From positions 22,998-86,997 of the forward strand of contig CBFGJG010000003.1 of NCBI GenBank assembly GCA_965649055.1: DNA of 64,000 bases. Reading direction: 5' to 3'. The translations under genes and the position numbers were made by a program. Positions 44,030-54,780 of this stretch are shown here, in pieces (position 1 is the stretch's first letter; each line of letters begins with the position of its first letter). The notes below the pieces were generated by a model that was not told where the DNA came from, searched no databases, and was given only the letters and a program-made list of their open reading frames with translations. This DNA comes from a candidate division WOR-3 bacterium. Its GTDB lineage: Bacteria; Hydrothermota; UBA3072; B12-G15.

Positions 44030-46456
44030 ATGGAAAAAGAATATAATTTTAAAGAGATAGAAAAAATAGCAAGGGAAAAATGGGAAAGACTTTCTTTATA
44101 TAAGACTCCCGAAAATCCAAGGAAGAAGTTTTATCTCCTTGAGATGTTTCTTTATCCTTCGGGTGATATACATATGGGACATTGCAGAAATTATGTAATA
44201 GGTGATCTGATTTACAGATATAAAAGGATGAATGGATATGATATCCTTCATCCATTCGGATGGGATGCATTTGGGTTACCTGCTGAACAGGCAGCAATTA
44301 AAAGGGGTGCATCACCAAAAAAATGGGTTTATAATAACATAAATACATCTAAGAACACTTTAAAATTACTGAATATAAGTTATGACTGGGATAGGGAAGT
44401 TCTGACAGCAGAACCTTCTTATTATAAATGGAATCAGTGGATTTTCCTAAGATTGTATGAGAAAGGATTAGCATATAGAAAAAAATCCTATGTGAACTGG
44501 TGCCCGAGTTGTAAAACTGTTTTAGCTAATGAACAGGTTATCGGTGGAAGATGCTGGAGATGTGATTCAATCATTATAAAGAAAGAAATGGAACAATGGT
44601 ATTTCAAGATAACCGAATACGCAGAAAGATTGCTTCAAGGAATAGAAAGGTTGAAAGATTGGCCTGAAAACATAAAAACAATGCAGAAAAACTGGATAGG
44701 GAAGAGTATAGGAACAGAGATTGAATTTGATACAATAGATGGCGAGACTCTAAAAGTTTTCACAACAAGGGCTGATACACTTTTTGGTGTCACATTTATA
44801 TCAGTTGCACCTGAACATCCTTTTGCAAATGGAATAGATAAAAAAGAAGTTAAAGAATATATTGATAAGGCTCTGCTTATGACAGAGATAGATAGACAGA
44901 GTCAGGAAAGGGAAAAAACAGGCGTGTTTTCAGGTGTTTATGCAATCCATCCTTTGACAGGAGAAAAAGTCCCTGTTTTTGTAGCAGACTATGTGCTTTC
45001 AAGTTATGGAACTGGTGTTGTTATGGGTGTTCCTGCTCATGACCAGAGGGATTTTGAATTTGCTAAGAAATACAATCTACCGATAAAGGTGGTAATAAGC
45101 CCTGATGGAAAAGATTATGCTCCAGATATACTTGATAAGGCTTATGAGGAATATGGGATACTTGTAAATTCTTTTGAATTTAATGGTATGGATTCAAAAA
45201 CTGCAATTGATAGAATAAACGATAAACTCGAAAGACTGAATAAAGGAAGAAAGAAAATTACATATAAATTAAGGGACTGGCTTGTGTCAAGGCAGAGATA
45301 CTGGGGAACCCCTATACCTATGATACATTGCCCTGAATGCGGGATTGTCCCTGTTCCGGAAAATGAATTACCTGTTGTATTACCACCTGAAGATAAAGTG
45401 AATTTTATTCCACAGGGCAGGTCACCACTTGAGGACTGTTCTGAATTTTATAATGTGAAATGCCCTAAATGTGGTGGTGATGCACACAGGGACCCTGATA
45501 CAATGGATACATTTGTTGATTCATCCTGGTATCATTTAAGATACTTTGACCCAAAAAATGATAAGGAGATATTTAAAAGGGGAGAAGCGGATAAATGGTT
45601 CCCTATAGATTTATACATAGGTGGTGCTGAACATGCAACAGGACACCTTATATATTTCAGGTTCATAACTAAATTCCTTTACGATTTAGGTTACCTTAAA
45701 GATGATGAACCTGCTATAAGATTATTCAATCAGGGAATGGTATGTGATGAGAAAGGTCAGGTTATGTCAAAATCAAAAGGTAATACAGTAAGCCCAATTG
45801 ATATGATGAATAAGATAGGGCTTGATGCTACAAGGATAGCAGTTATATTTGCTGCACCACCTGAGAAGGATATTTTATGGTCAACAAAAGACCTTGCAGG
45901 TTCCGAAAGATTCTTAAAGAGGATTTATAACCATTTTACACCTTATATTTCAAGAAAGAACCCATTACCTGATAAAGATGATATTTTATATAAGAAGATA
46001 GAAAGGACAAAGAAATTCATAACAGAACACATTGAGAATTTTCTTTTTAATACTGCCGTAGCAGGTTTGATGGAAATGCTCAATGACATAACTGCCTATG
46101 AAGATAAAGGGAATGATACTTATGCTTATGTAATACAGGAATTCACAAAAATTCTCGCTCCTTTTGCCCCACATATATCTGAATATCTATATTCATTCTT
46201 TGGTAAGAAGGAAAGTATATTTTTTGAAGAATGGCCAAAGTATGACGAGGATGCGCTTTTTGACGAAGTGGTAACTGTCATAATACAGGTAAATGGTAAA
46301 TTAAGGGGAAAGGTTGAGGCAAAAAAAGGTTCAGATGAAAAGGATATCTTTGATAAGGCTATAAAGGATGAAAATATAAGAAAATTTATTGATGGAAAAG
46401 ATGTACTAAAAAAAATTTATATTCAGGATAAGATTCTTAATATTGTGGTGAAATAA
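44030..46456 (+). CDS. leuS: Leucine--tRNA ligase
   Basis: HIGH motif (HMGHCRNY), KMSKS motif (VMSKSKGNT) and the CP1 editing and Zn-knuckle regions (CPSCKT...CWRC, CPKCGG). 808 aa. Confidence 0.95.
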   Translation: MEKEYNFKEIEKIAREKWERLSLYKTPENPRKKFYLLEMFLYPSGDIHMGHCRNYVIGDLIYRYKRMNGYDILHPFGWDAFGLPAEQAAIKRGASPKKWVYNNINTSKNTLKLLNISYDWDREVLTAEPSYYKWNQWIFLRLYEKGLAYRKKSYVNWCPSCKTVLANEQVIGGRCWRCDSIIIKKEMEQWYFKITEYAERLLQGIERLKDWPENIKTMQKNWIGKSIGTEIEFDTIDGETLKVFTTRADTLFGVTFISVAPEHPFANGIDKKEVKEYIDKALLMTEIDRQSQEREKTGVFSGVYAIHPLTGEKVPVFVADYVLSSYGTGVVMGVPAHDQRDFEFAKKYNLPIKVVISPDGKDYAPDILDKAYEEYGILVNSFEFNGMDSKTAIDRINDKLERLNKGRKKITYKLRDWLVSRQRYWGTPIPMIHCPECGIVPVPENELPVVLPPEDKVNFIPQGRSPLEDCSEFYNVKCPKCGGDAHRDPDTMDTFVDSSWYHLRYFDPKNDKEIFKRGEADKWFPIDLYIGGAEHATGHLIYFRFITKFLYDLGYLKDDEPAIRLFNQGMVCDEKGQVMSKSKGNTVSPIDMMNKIGLDATRIAVIFAAPPEKDILWSTKDLAGSERFLKRIYNHFTPYISRKNPLPDKDDILYKKIERTKKFITEHIENFLFNTAVAGLMEMLNDITAYEDKGNDTYAYVIQEFTKILAPFAPHISEYLYSFFGKKESIFFEEWPKYDEDALFDEVVTVIIQVNGKLRGKVEAKKGSDEKDIFDKAIKDENIRKFIDGKDVLKKIYIQDKILNIVVK

Positions 46457-46460
46457 ATCT

Positions 46461-48155
46461 TTATTCTTTTGATATCTCATAAACTATAAAACGAGAATTC
46501 TTATATACTTCTTTAAAATTCAAACATTTTTCACTTTTCCACCTTACAATATAAATCCTTTCTGGTTTACTCTCCCAATTAAATATCTCCTGAGAAATTT
46601 TCCGAAAATCTTCTTCATAAAGGTCGTTGAAATCTTGATAATCAACAAGACCATCTTTGTAAAATATTTTTTTTTGTTTCAACTCTTGTAAATCCCTATT
46701 GTATCCTAATTTTTTCATCCTTCTGAACCACTCATATCCAAATTCAGGATTAAAATTTAACAAAGTCCCATCATACCAATCACCATATATTGTTCTTTCA
46801 GATTGAATCCTAAAACCATATTGGGTAGGAGGAACTATAAAAACATCATTTATCCTTGTATTTTTTTTAGCCCATTCTTGAGCGTCAATCCATGCTTTTT
46901 TATTTGGAGTGTCACTGTATTTAGTAATTATGAAAATTTTCAAAAAAATAACTACTAAAAGCATCATTAATAAGATAAGATTATTTAGATATTTTTCTTT
47001 TATATTTAAATTTCTATATTGATAAATAACTTTTGTAAATGTAATAATAATAAATACAGATAGAATTACTTCAAATATCGCGAAGCCGTAAAGTATAAAA
47101 AAAGCGACTATTAATGTTAAGAATTTATAAATCAATTTTTTCCCTTCTTTTGTTTCTTCATAAAAATAATGCACAAAATATATTACACCAAATATATATA
47201 TATAAATAAAGCTTCTAAAAACTTGTAAATTCAAAATTAAAGTCAAAGGTAAAAATTCAGAGAAGATAAAACCTATTAAACATAATGAAAATATTACAGA
47301 TGAAAAAATTACTATCATTCTATGTATTCTGAACTCAGGTTTATTTCTCCAAGTGATAAAGTATCCTGTTATAAAAAGAAAATTTTGAATGTATAAATCT
47401 TTTTTCCAGGACAATGGAAATAAATGTTCAGGTGAACGAAGCCTCAGTAAAAGAACCCAATTTTTATCCGGAATAAAATTCAAGCTTTCTGGAGAATAAA
47501 CAATTCTCCATATAATAATTGGTGATGAGATAATAAAGAAAATTGTAAGAGATATTATAAATTTTTTTATACCTATTTCCTTTATCTCAAAAAATGTAGC
47601 AACTATAATCATTATAATCACATATAGGGAACTTAATGGATGGATAAGAAAGCCAATACCTAAAAATATGTATGATTTAATATAATCTCTTGCTAAAAAA
47701 TAATAAATTGAGAAAATTAGAAAAGGTGCAACAACAAATCTTGTGATAACCATATTTTCTTGCAAAAGAATATTTGTGAATGTAAATCTATTAAAAAGAA
47801 ATATAAAAAGTGAGAGATATGTGGCAGTTTCATTTTTTGTAATTATCCTTGTGATAAGATATAATGCAAAAAATCTGAAATATATGGTTAAAATATAAAT
47901 TAAAGTGAAAAGTGCTTTTATATCAATATGGGTAAATTTTAAAATGCATGCTACTATATGCCATAATATAGTATAGTAATATTTCATTTCACCAATAATA
48001 TAATCGGAGGGATAAAGGCTTTTACACATTATCTTATTTATAAATGGAATTACAATATTATGGTCATATATATAATACTTTTGAGAATTGAATATAACAA
48101 TTTCTAAAATAGTAAAGAGTAAAACTATGATATGTGTTTTATATTTTTTGAACAT
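46461..48155 (-). CDS. Polytopic membrane protein, unknown family (copy 1 of duplicated module)
   Basis: 564 aa with more than 10 predicted transmembrane segments and a C-terminal soluble domain (WIDAQEWAKKNTRINDVFIVPP...NFNPEFGYEWFRRMKKLGY). Clear paralog of the gene at 51075..52730. A leaderless-type promoter (TTGACA-16-TATACT) ends 9 nt before its ATG. Confidence 0.5.
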   Translation of the reverse strand: MFKKYKTHIIVLLFTILEIVIFNSQKYYIYDHNIVIPFINKIMCKSLYPSDYIIGEMKYYYTILWHIVACILKFTHIDIKALFTLIYILTIYFRFFALYLITRIITKNETATYLSLFIFLFNRFTFTNILLQENMVITRFVVAPFLIFSIYYFLARDYIKSYIFLGIGFLIHPLSSLYVIIMIIVATFFEIKEIGIKKFIISLTIFFIISSPIIIWRIVYSPESLNFIPDKNWVLLLRLRSPEHLFPLSWKKDLYIQNFLFITGYFITWRNKPEFRIHRMIVIFSSVIFSLCLIGFIFSEFLPLTLILNLQVFRSFIYIYIFGVIYFVHYFYEETKEGKKLIYKFLTLIVAFFILYGFAIFEVILSVFIIITFTKVIYQYRNLNIKEKYLNNLILLMMLLVVIFLKIFIITKYSDTPNKKAWIDAQEWAKKNTRINDVFIVPPTQYGFRIQSERTIYGDWYDGTLLNFNPEFGYEWFRRMKKLGYNRDLQELKQKKIFYKDGLVDYQDFNDLYEEDFRKISQEIFNWESKPERIYIVRWKSEKCLNFKEVYKNSRFIVYEISKE

Positions 48156-48320
48156 ATTTTTTAGTATATTTTAATAATAATATTTGTCAAGTTTTTGGCG
48201 TCATGTGTTAACATTTGACATTTTCGTATATTTAGTTTCAATTGAATTAAGAAATATTGAATTGTGATAGAAAAAAGAAAATGATTTGACATAAAGTAAA
48301 ATATGCTTAATAATAAAAAT

Positions 48321-50249
48321 ATGTCTAACAATTGTTTAGGCAAAGTTGCATTAAGATTGAAAAAAAACTTTGTTTTAATTCTTTTGTTCTTATCGTTTAT
48401 ACTCATATATTTTTCATACATACGTGCAGATCCACCTGCTAAAAAAATATGGTGTTATGGTGTATATTTGACAGACGAAGGATTTAGAGTCATATCTGCA
48501 AGAAACCGAGTTTTATTTGGTATGCCTGACAGAACAACAAGTTTACTAAATAAAAATATTACATTTTTTCCATTACCACATTTAATCTATCTTGCAACCT
48601 TTAAAATCATTGGTGTTGGATTTTTACAGGCAAGATTAGTATCAATATTTTTCGGATTATTAAGCCTTATTGTCTTTTTCTTTATAACAAAACGGCTTTT
48701 TTCAAGAAATGTTTCTTTTTTCTGTTTATATCTCTTAGGAATAAATCATATATTTATTTTTTACTCTAAACTTGCACTTGCAGAGTCAATTCTCGTTTTT
48801 TTTACATTATTAATTTTTTATCTCTTAATCTCAAGCGATAAAAACTTTATATTTTTGTTTTCTGGATTTCTTTGTGGTCTTTTAATCTTTATAAAAACTC
48901 AAAGTATCCCATTTATTTTTTCAATCTTTTTTTGCATTTTGATTGATTTTAAAAAGAATCTTAGATTATTTTTTATTAGAATACTATTTTTTCTTTTAGG
49001 ATTTATTGGAATAATTATTGTTTCTTTTTTAATTATGTTTATCACGAAAAGCACCGAATTATTTATTAGAGGTGCTTCATCCGAAGTTTTTTTAAGACTA
49101 ACGATATTCACAAAAGAAATAGTTAAGAATTTTCTTGATTTTCCTCACACTAATATTTATTTTCATTCCCCAATACAATCATATTTGGGATTATTATTAA
49201 CCTTTGGTATTTTGCTAAAAATTATAAAAAAGATGGAAATTGAATTCCCTGAAAGATTTATAGCATTTTTTACTATATTAAATTGTATTATGATATCTAT
49301 ATTTTTATATCAACCTATTAGATATTTTATAATTATGATACCTTTTTTTATAATTGGCTTTGGAATTCTAATCACCCAAAGATATAAATTTTTTATAGAA
49401 AATTTATTCAAAAAAATTTGTTTATTTATATTATCTGGTTATTTATCTATTTTTTCAATATTGCTTATTATCTCATTAATTGACATAAACACAATAGATT
49501 CTAAAAATACAATTTCAGCTCTTTTAATTTCGATCGTAATGGTTATAATAATTTTTAGTCTAAAAATAAATTTCTGGAAAAACTTTAATGCGATGAAGAT
49601 ATTTCAATTCATTTTTGTTTCATTATTTTTTATTTTCTTTATATCACATATTATTCTTAGAGATGCAGAATATATACTAATCGGCAAAATGAAAATAAGT
49701 CCATCTCTATATTTTTATGTCTTCATTTTTTTTATCCCATTATTTATATGTCTATCAATAATCCCCTTTTTTCTGTTTCTTTACACCGATAACGAAAAAA
49801 AAGAAGATTATGAAAAGATATCAAGATTAGGCTATTTTATAATTGGGATTTTATTGATTTCTTCATTTATAAACATCTATCATTATCTTTACTGGTTAAA
49901 AACAAAGGAATATACTTTATATAATACTTCAAAAGATATAGTAAAAATAACAAGTGAAGAGTGTGTGATATTTGGAAGGGCTGCTCCGACTTTATCTATT
50001 GAAAATGAAATAATGGCTTCAAGCAGTATCCATTTTTTACCTGAATTCATTTTATTTTTTAAAGAGAAAAATATTCCAATATATTTACTATTCTCAAACA
50101 GGGAAGAATATGGAATGTTTATAAAAACCTATAATAATCTCCTATCTTTATATGGAGTAAAAAATTATATACTTCTTAAAGAATATAAAGTTTTAGAAAA
50201 TTACGATTATATTTCAAATCTTTTACTTTTTTATGTAAGTTTTCGTTAA
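48321..50249 (+). CDS. GT-C-fold membrane glycosyltransferase-like protein (ArnT/PMT, GT39/GT83-like), copy 1
   Basis: Polytopic with the N-terminal DE-containing loop (GVYLTDEGFRV) typical of GT-C enzymes. The start was chosen at the ATG at 48321 directly downstream of TTGACA-17-AATAAT. An alternative ATG lies at 48303. Confidence 0.45.
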   Translation: MSNNCLGKVALRLKKNFVLILLFLSFILIYFSYIRADPPAKKIWCYGVYLTDEGFRVISARNRVLFGMPDRTTSLLNKNITFFPLPHLIYLATFKIIGVGFLQARLVSIFFGLLSLIVFFFITKRLFSRNVSFFCLYLLGINHIFIFYSKLALAESILVFFTLLIFYLLISSDKNFIFLFSGFLCGLLIFIKTQSIPFIFSIFFCILIDFKKNLRLFFIRILFFLLGFIGIIIVSFLIMFITKSTELFIRGASSEVFLRLTIFTKEIVKNFLDFPHTNIYFHSPIQSYLGLLLTFGILLKIIKKMEIEFPERFIAFFTILNCIMISIFLYQPIRYFIIMIPFFIIGFGILITQRYKFFIENLFKKICLFILSGYLSIFSILLIISLIDINTIDSKNTISALLISIVMVIIIFSLKINFWKNFNAMKIFQFIFVSLFFIFFISHIILRDAEYILIGKMKISPSLYFYVFIFFIPLFICLSIIPFFLFLYTDNEKKEDYEKISRLGYFIIGILLISSFINIYHYLYWLKTKEYTLYNTSKDIVKITSEECVIFGRAAPTLSIENEIMASSSIHFLPEFILFFKEKNIPIYLLFSNREEYGMFIKTYNNLLSLYGVKNYILLKEYKVLENYDYISNLLLFYVSFR

Positions 50250-50293
50250 AAAGGGTATGTTGACAAAATTTTAACTGATTATAGAATAAATAT

Positions 50294-51085
50294 ATGAAAA
50301 TTAATAAATGTTTTCTATTATTCGTTTTTTACATTTCTTTATTTGCAGATGCTGAATTTTCATTACTTTTTAAGTCTCAAATTGGGAATACTATATCAAG
50401 AACCAAGGTAAGATGCTATTTGAATAATCAAAACTTGCGTTTTGATTTCATTTTTCCTTATTTTAGGAATGAAAGTGATATTGACCGGAGTAAAAAAGAT
50501 TTTGTAAATGACCAAGTCTACTGGATATACAACTTTAAAACTTCTAATTTTTTTATTGTAAACCCCAAAAAGCACATCTATTATGAATTTAAAGAAAATA
50601 TAATTACTCCACTATTAAACGAAAATAAAGAAATTAACCATATTAGAAATATAAAAATTGTAGTTAAGAAGCTAAAGGATGAAATTGTTGAAAACTTTTT
50701 ATGTAACCATTACTACATAAGTTATACATATGAAATGCCTTTGGGTCCTCATCAAATGGATAAAAAAATATTAATAGAAGAGAAAAAAGAAATATGGGTT
50801 ACAAATAACTTAATATTCAAATATATTCCTTTAACTTTAAAAAAAGCATTCATTTTATCCGGAATTGAACAGATAGATAGTATAATTTTTAAAAAAATAG
50901 ATACTGAAGAATTAGGATTTGTTTTGAAACTTTTAAACTATAAATTAACAAGAGAAAACAATGAAATAAAACAGTATACAAGTGAATTTAAGATAGCAAA
51001 TATTGAGGAACGGCACAATATACCTGAAGACATTTTCATAATACCCCAAAATTATAAGAAAATAAATATAGAATTTAGAAATTAG
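50294..51085 (+). CDS. Secreted hypothetical protein
   Basis: Signal peptide MKINKCFLLFVFYISLFADA. 263 aa. TTGACA-16-TAGAAT ends 6 nt before the ATG. The 3' end overlaps the convergent gene by 11 nt. Confidence 0.45.
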   Translation: MKINKCFLLFVFYISLFADAEFSLLFKSQIGNTISRTKVRCYLNNQNLRFDFIFPYFRNESDIDRSKKDFVNDQVYWIYNFKTSNFFIVNPKKHIYYEFKENIITPLLNENKEINHIRNIKIVVKKLKDEIVENFLCNHYYISYTYEMPLGPHQMDKKILIEEKKEIWVTNNLIFKYIPLTLKKAFILSGIEQIDSIIFKKIDTEELGFVLKLLNYKLTRENNEIKQYTSEFKIANIEERHNIPEDIFIIPQNYKKINIEFRN

Positions 51086-52730
51086 ATTTTTTATTTTTTA
51101 TCTCAAATATTGTAAATAAATTATTTTTATAGACTTCTCTGAATCCTAAACTCCGTCCTTTATTCACTACAATATATACTGCTTCTGGATTATTTTTCCA
51201 TTTGAAAATCTCCTCCGATATTTTTAGGAATCCTTCTTCATTAAGTTCCTTATAGTCTTGAACCATATTATCTTTATCTTCAAATCCAAGATTTTTCATC
51301 CTCCTTATCCATTCATAACCAAAATAAGGGTTAAAATTTAGCATTGTTCCATCTTTCCAATCAGTGTATATACTTCTTTCTGAATAAACCCTGAAACCCC
51401 ATAGATGCGGTGGAACGATAAAGACATCATTTATATTTGTGTTTTTCCTTGCCCATACCTGGACATCTTTCCAGTCTTTCCACCAGAATTCTTTTTCTGA
51501 ATCAGTGTTTACAATCAATGAATAGAAAGAAACTATTATTACAAAAGATAGTATAATTAGATTTGTTTTTCTCAATAATAATTCTTTTCTTTTCTTTATC
51601 TCACTTAGTATAACGAAAGCAGATAGGGTAATCATAAGCAAGAAACCTATCTCCCAATTTTTGCTATCGAATAGTAAAAGAAAGATTAAAAATAAATTAG
51701 CTATTTTTCCAAGATAATTTTTTTCTTTATAGATGGCATTGTAATAGAAATTACTTACCATTATGATACTAAAATAAATTAAATAAATAAAACTCCTGTA
51801 TAATTGAATCATAAGAATAGGGGTTAGAGGGATAAATTCAGTAAAAATTGTTCCGGTAATACAAAATATTAATATTGAAATAAAAAATATTAATAAATTT
51901 CTATAAATTCTCATTTCTGGTTTATATTTCAGGCTTAATGAAAATGCAATTATAATGAAAAAACCCTGAATAAATAATCTTTTATCCCATGAGAGAGGAA
52001 AGATATGGTGTGATGACCTTAATCTAAGAAGTTCTAACCAGTTATTATCAGGGAAAAACGGGATATTGACTTTATTTAAAAACCAGAATATAAAAATTGG
52101 TGAAGATATTATTGTAAAAACAAGAATAGACATAATAAACTTTTTTAAGCCAATATTCTTTATCTCAAAAAGAGAAGCAACAAAAATTATAGAAACAACA
52201 TAAAAGGCACTCATCGGATGTATTAAAAAACCAACACCTGAAAGGATGTATGATAAATAGTATTCTTTCTTTAAAAAATAATAGATTGAAAATATTAGTA
52301 TTGGGAGAACAGGTGTCCTGTTATAAAAAGATGTTGTTATTGTTTCTACAAGGGCAAAAGATTGTTTTGAAAACAGAAGTAAGAAAAGACTTAAATAAGC
52401 AATATCATCCTTATCAGTAATAATTTTTGCAATATGATAAAAACCAAGGAAAAAGAAATAGATTGAAATAAAATAAAATATGAACAGTAAAATTTCTAAT
52501 TTTATATGTGTTATCTTACATAAATAACCAATTATATACCACAATAGGGTAGGGTAGTGTTTCATCTGTTCAATGAAATAATCAGATTGATAAAGATTAG
52601 GATTTATAATCTTTTTTACAAATGGTAGAAGAACAGAATAGTCAACACCGAATTCATATCTGTTTATTGTTGAGACCGAAAGGATAACAATGATCAGTAT
52701 AAAAATTCTGTAATCGATATTCTTTTTCAT
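51075..52730 (-). CDS. Polytopic membrane protein, unknown family (copy 2 of duplicated module)
   Basis: Paralog of the gene at 46461..48155: LYQSDYFIEQMKHYPTLLW versus LYPSDYIIGEMKYYYTILW, and a conserved C-terminal NDVFIVPP...NFNPYFGYEWIRRMKNLGF. The start is set at the ATG at 52730, 6 nt after TTGACA-17-TATATT. The ORF track's TTG start at 52790 is rejected. Confidence 0.5.
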   Translation of the reverse strand: MKKNIDYRIFILIIVILSVSTINRYEFGVDYSVLLPFVKKIINPNLYQSDYFIEQMKHYPTLLWYIIGYLCKITHIKLEILLFIFYFISIYFFFLGFYHIAKIITDKDDIAYLSLFLLLFSKQSFALVETITTSFYNRTPVLPILIFSIYYFLKKEYYLSYILSGVGFLIHPMSAFYVVSIIFVASLFEIKNIGLKKFIMSILVFTIISSPIFIFWFLNKVNIPFFPDNNWLELLRLRSSHHIFPLSWDKRLFIQGFFIIIAFSLSLKYKPEMRIYRNLLIFFISILIFCITGTIFTEFIPLTPILMIQLYRSFIYLIYFSIIMVSNFYYNAIYKEKNYLGKIANLFLIFLLLFDSKNWEIGFLLMITLSAFVILSEIKKRKELLLRKTNLIILSFVIIVSFYSLIVNTDSEKEFWWKDWKDVQVWARKNTNINDVFIVPPHLWGFRVYSERSIYTDWKDGTMLNFNPYFGYEWIRRMKNLGFEDKDNMVQDYKELNEEGFLKISEEIFKWKNNPEAVYIVVNKGRSLGFREVYKNNLFTIFEIKNKKSNF

Positions 52731-52822
52731 TTTCTTAATATACAAGTCTAAATAAAAATTGTCAAAGATTTTGAGCAGGCTATATTTCAATTGACAAACT
52801 CATTTATATGTTTTATGATAAA

Positions 52823-54751
52823 AATATGAAGAAAAATAATTTAGAAAGAATATTATGGTTTGTTTTATTATCTTTGATTTTTTGTCTTGTCCTATCTTTA
52901 TCATTACGAAAAATAACAGAGATAGATATTGGTTTCCATCTTAGGGGTGGAAAATGGATGCTTGAAAACAAAGCATTCCACAAAAATGATGTATTTACTT
53001 ATACTGTGAATAATAATGAATATATAGCAATGTACTGGCTTTTCCAGATTGTAATCTATTTGATTTACAAAATTTCAAGTTACGAAGGTATTGTTATTTT
53101 TAATGCTATTTTAATCCAGCTTATTTATTTCCTTATTCTTCTAAGGATGTTTAGAAATAAAACGCATTCCGGGATTATTGCGATTCTTCTATTTATTTCT
53201 GTTTTTCCCTTTGAATTAAGATTTACAGTTCGTCCTGAGGTATTCACATACATTTTCTTGTCATTAACATTGTTCATTCTTGAGGAATACTATTATAGGA
53301 AAAAAAACTATCTTTTTATTATCCCTTTTATAAACCTGCTCTGGGTTAATTTTCATGGATTATACATATTAAGCTGGGGAGTGATACTATCATACTTCTT
53401 AGGTATTCTAATCCATAACAAAAAGATTGATAAATCTCTATTAAAATATGGTTTAATTTCAATATTTATTTGCTTGGTTAACCCTTATTTCATTAAAGGT
53501 ATAACTTTCCCATTTTATCTTTTTACAAGACTACAGAGTGGAAATGTATTTAAGAGTGTAATATCTGAATTCATATCACCATGGGCTATAAGGAAAAAAG
53601 AGATTGCACCTTTTGTCCAGCAGGGGCAAGTTTATGTTTATTACTTTTTAAGTTTGTTCACATTACTTATCACATTAATAACAATAAAAAAAAGAAAGTT
53701 TCATGAAATTGCAATTATTTCAATCTTTTTTATACTCTCGTCTATGGCTATAAGGAATATTCCTTTATTTCTTGTTGCTTCAATACCATACTCCGGAATC
53801 TTTCTTAATGAAATATTAGTAAACTTAAAAAATCTAAAGAGATTCAAAAGGATAAGTTATAAATACTTCACTTATTTTATCTCTATTCCTGCTTCAATAA
53901 TAGTGATTGTTTTTATATTAAGGGTGTTAACAAATGATTATTATTTTTCAAAAAGGACAAACGTCCATTTTGGTATCGGGCTTGAAGAAAACCTTCATCC
54001 TGTAAAAGCAGCTCAATTTCTCTGTGATAACAATCTTTATGGAAGAATCTTGAATGATTTAAATTCAGGTAGCTGGCTTATATGGAAAGGACCTCAGAAG
54101 GTTTTTATAGATGGAAGACTTGAGGTAATGAGGGAAAAATTCTTCAAAGAATACAGGATTAGTTTTGATTACAAAGATGGTCTCAAGATATTAATTGAAA
54201 AATACAAGCCTGATATTATATTATTTAACTATGATGTCTCATTAAAATGGTTTCTGCAATTAAAGAATTTTAACGATTTCAGAATGGTTTACTGTGATAT
54301 AAATACTGCGATATTTGTGAGGAAAGGATACAGAGATGATCTAAAAGATGTCAATATAATGGAGATTGTTTATAAAATGGGTCTGGATACAATAATAACC
54401 GAAAAAGAAGAATGGGATATTTTAAAAATAAAGAGGAAAAGCAAATTTGTTCATTTTTTTGAATCACTTTATAAAAAACAGGTTTATCCATATGAATTAA
54501 TAAACCTTGGTGTTTTTGCATATCAATCAAACAATTTTAAAGCCTCAATAATCCTGCATCTTGAATTTCTTAAAAAGACAGGAGGCAGGTATTATGAGAC
54601 ATATTTCAATCTTGGTGCGATGTATCTGAGAAATAAAGAATTTTCTAAAAGTCTTTATTGTTATAGGAAAACACTCGAAATGGAACCTAAGAACAAAATG
54701 GCTCAGGATAGAATAAACGAATTGAACAGGATATTGAAAATAAACAAATAG
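52823..54751 (+). CDS. GT-C-like membrane protein with C-terminal TPR repeats (TMTC/PMT-like), copy 2
   Basis: Polytopic N-terminal ~500 aa paralogous in architecture to the gene at 48321..50249, plus C-terminal TPR-like repeats (YFNLGAMYLRNKEFSKSLYCYRKTLEMEPKN). The ATG at 52823 follows TTGACA-17-TATGAT. The upstream promoter sequence is near-identical to that of copy 1. Confidence 0.45.
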   Translation, partial: NMKKNNLERILWFVLLSLIFCLVLSLSLRKITEIDIGFHLRGGKWMLENKAFHKNDVFTYTVNNNEYIAMYWLFQIVIYLIYKISSYEGIVIFNAILIQLIYFLILLRMFRNKTHSGIIAILLFISVFPFELRFTVRPEVFTYIFLSLTLFILEEYYYRKKNYLFIIPFINLLWVNFHGLYILSWGVILSYFLGILIHNKKIDKSLLKYGLISIFICLVNPYFIKGITFPFYLFTRLQSGNVFKSVISEFISPWAIRKKEIAPFVQQGQVYVYYFLSLFTLLITLITIKKRKFHEIAIISIFFILSSMAIRNIPLFLVASIPYSGIFLNEILVNLKNLKRFKRISYKYFTYFISIPASIIVIVFILRVLTNDYYFSKRTNVHFGIGLEENLHPVKAAQFLCDNNLYGRILNDLNSGSWLIWKGPQKVFIDGRLEVMREKFFKEYRISFDYKDGLKILIEKYKPDIILFNYDVSLKWFLQLKNFNDFRMVYCDINTAIFVRKGYRDDLKDVNIMEIVYKMGLDTIITEKEEWDILKIKRKSKFVHFFESLYKKQVYPYELINLGVFAYQSNNFKASIILHLEFLKKTGGRYYETYFNLGAMYLRNKEFSKSLYCYRKTLEMEPKNKMAQDRINELNRILKINK

Positions 54752-54780
54752 GGTAGAGGAATAAAAAAATTGGAGGAATA

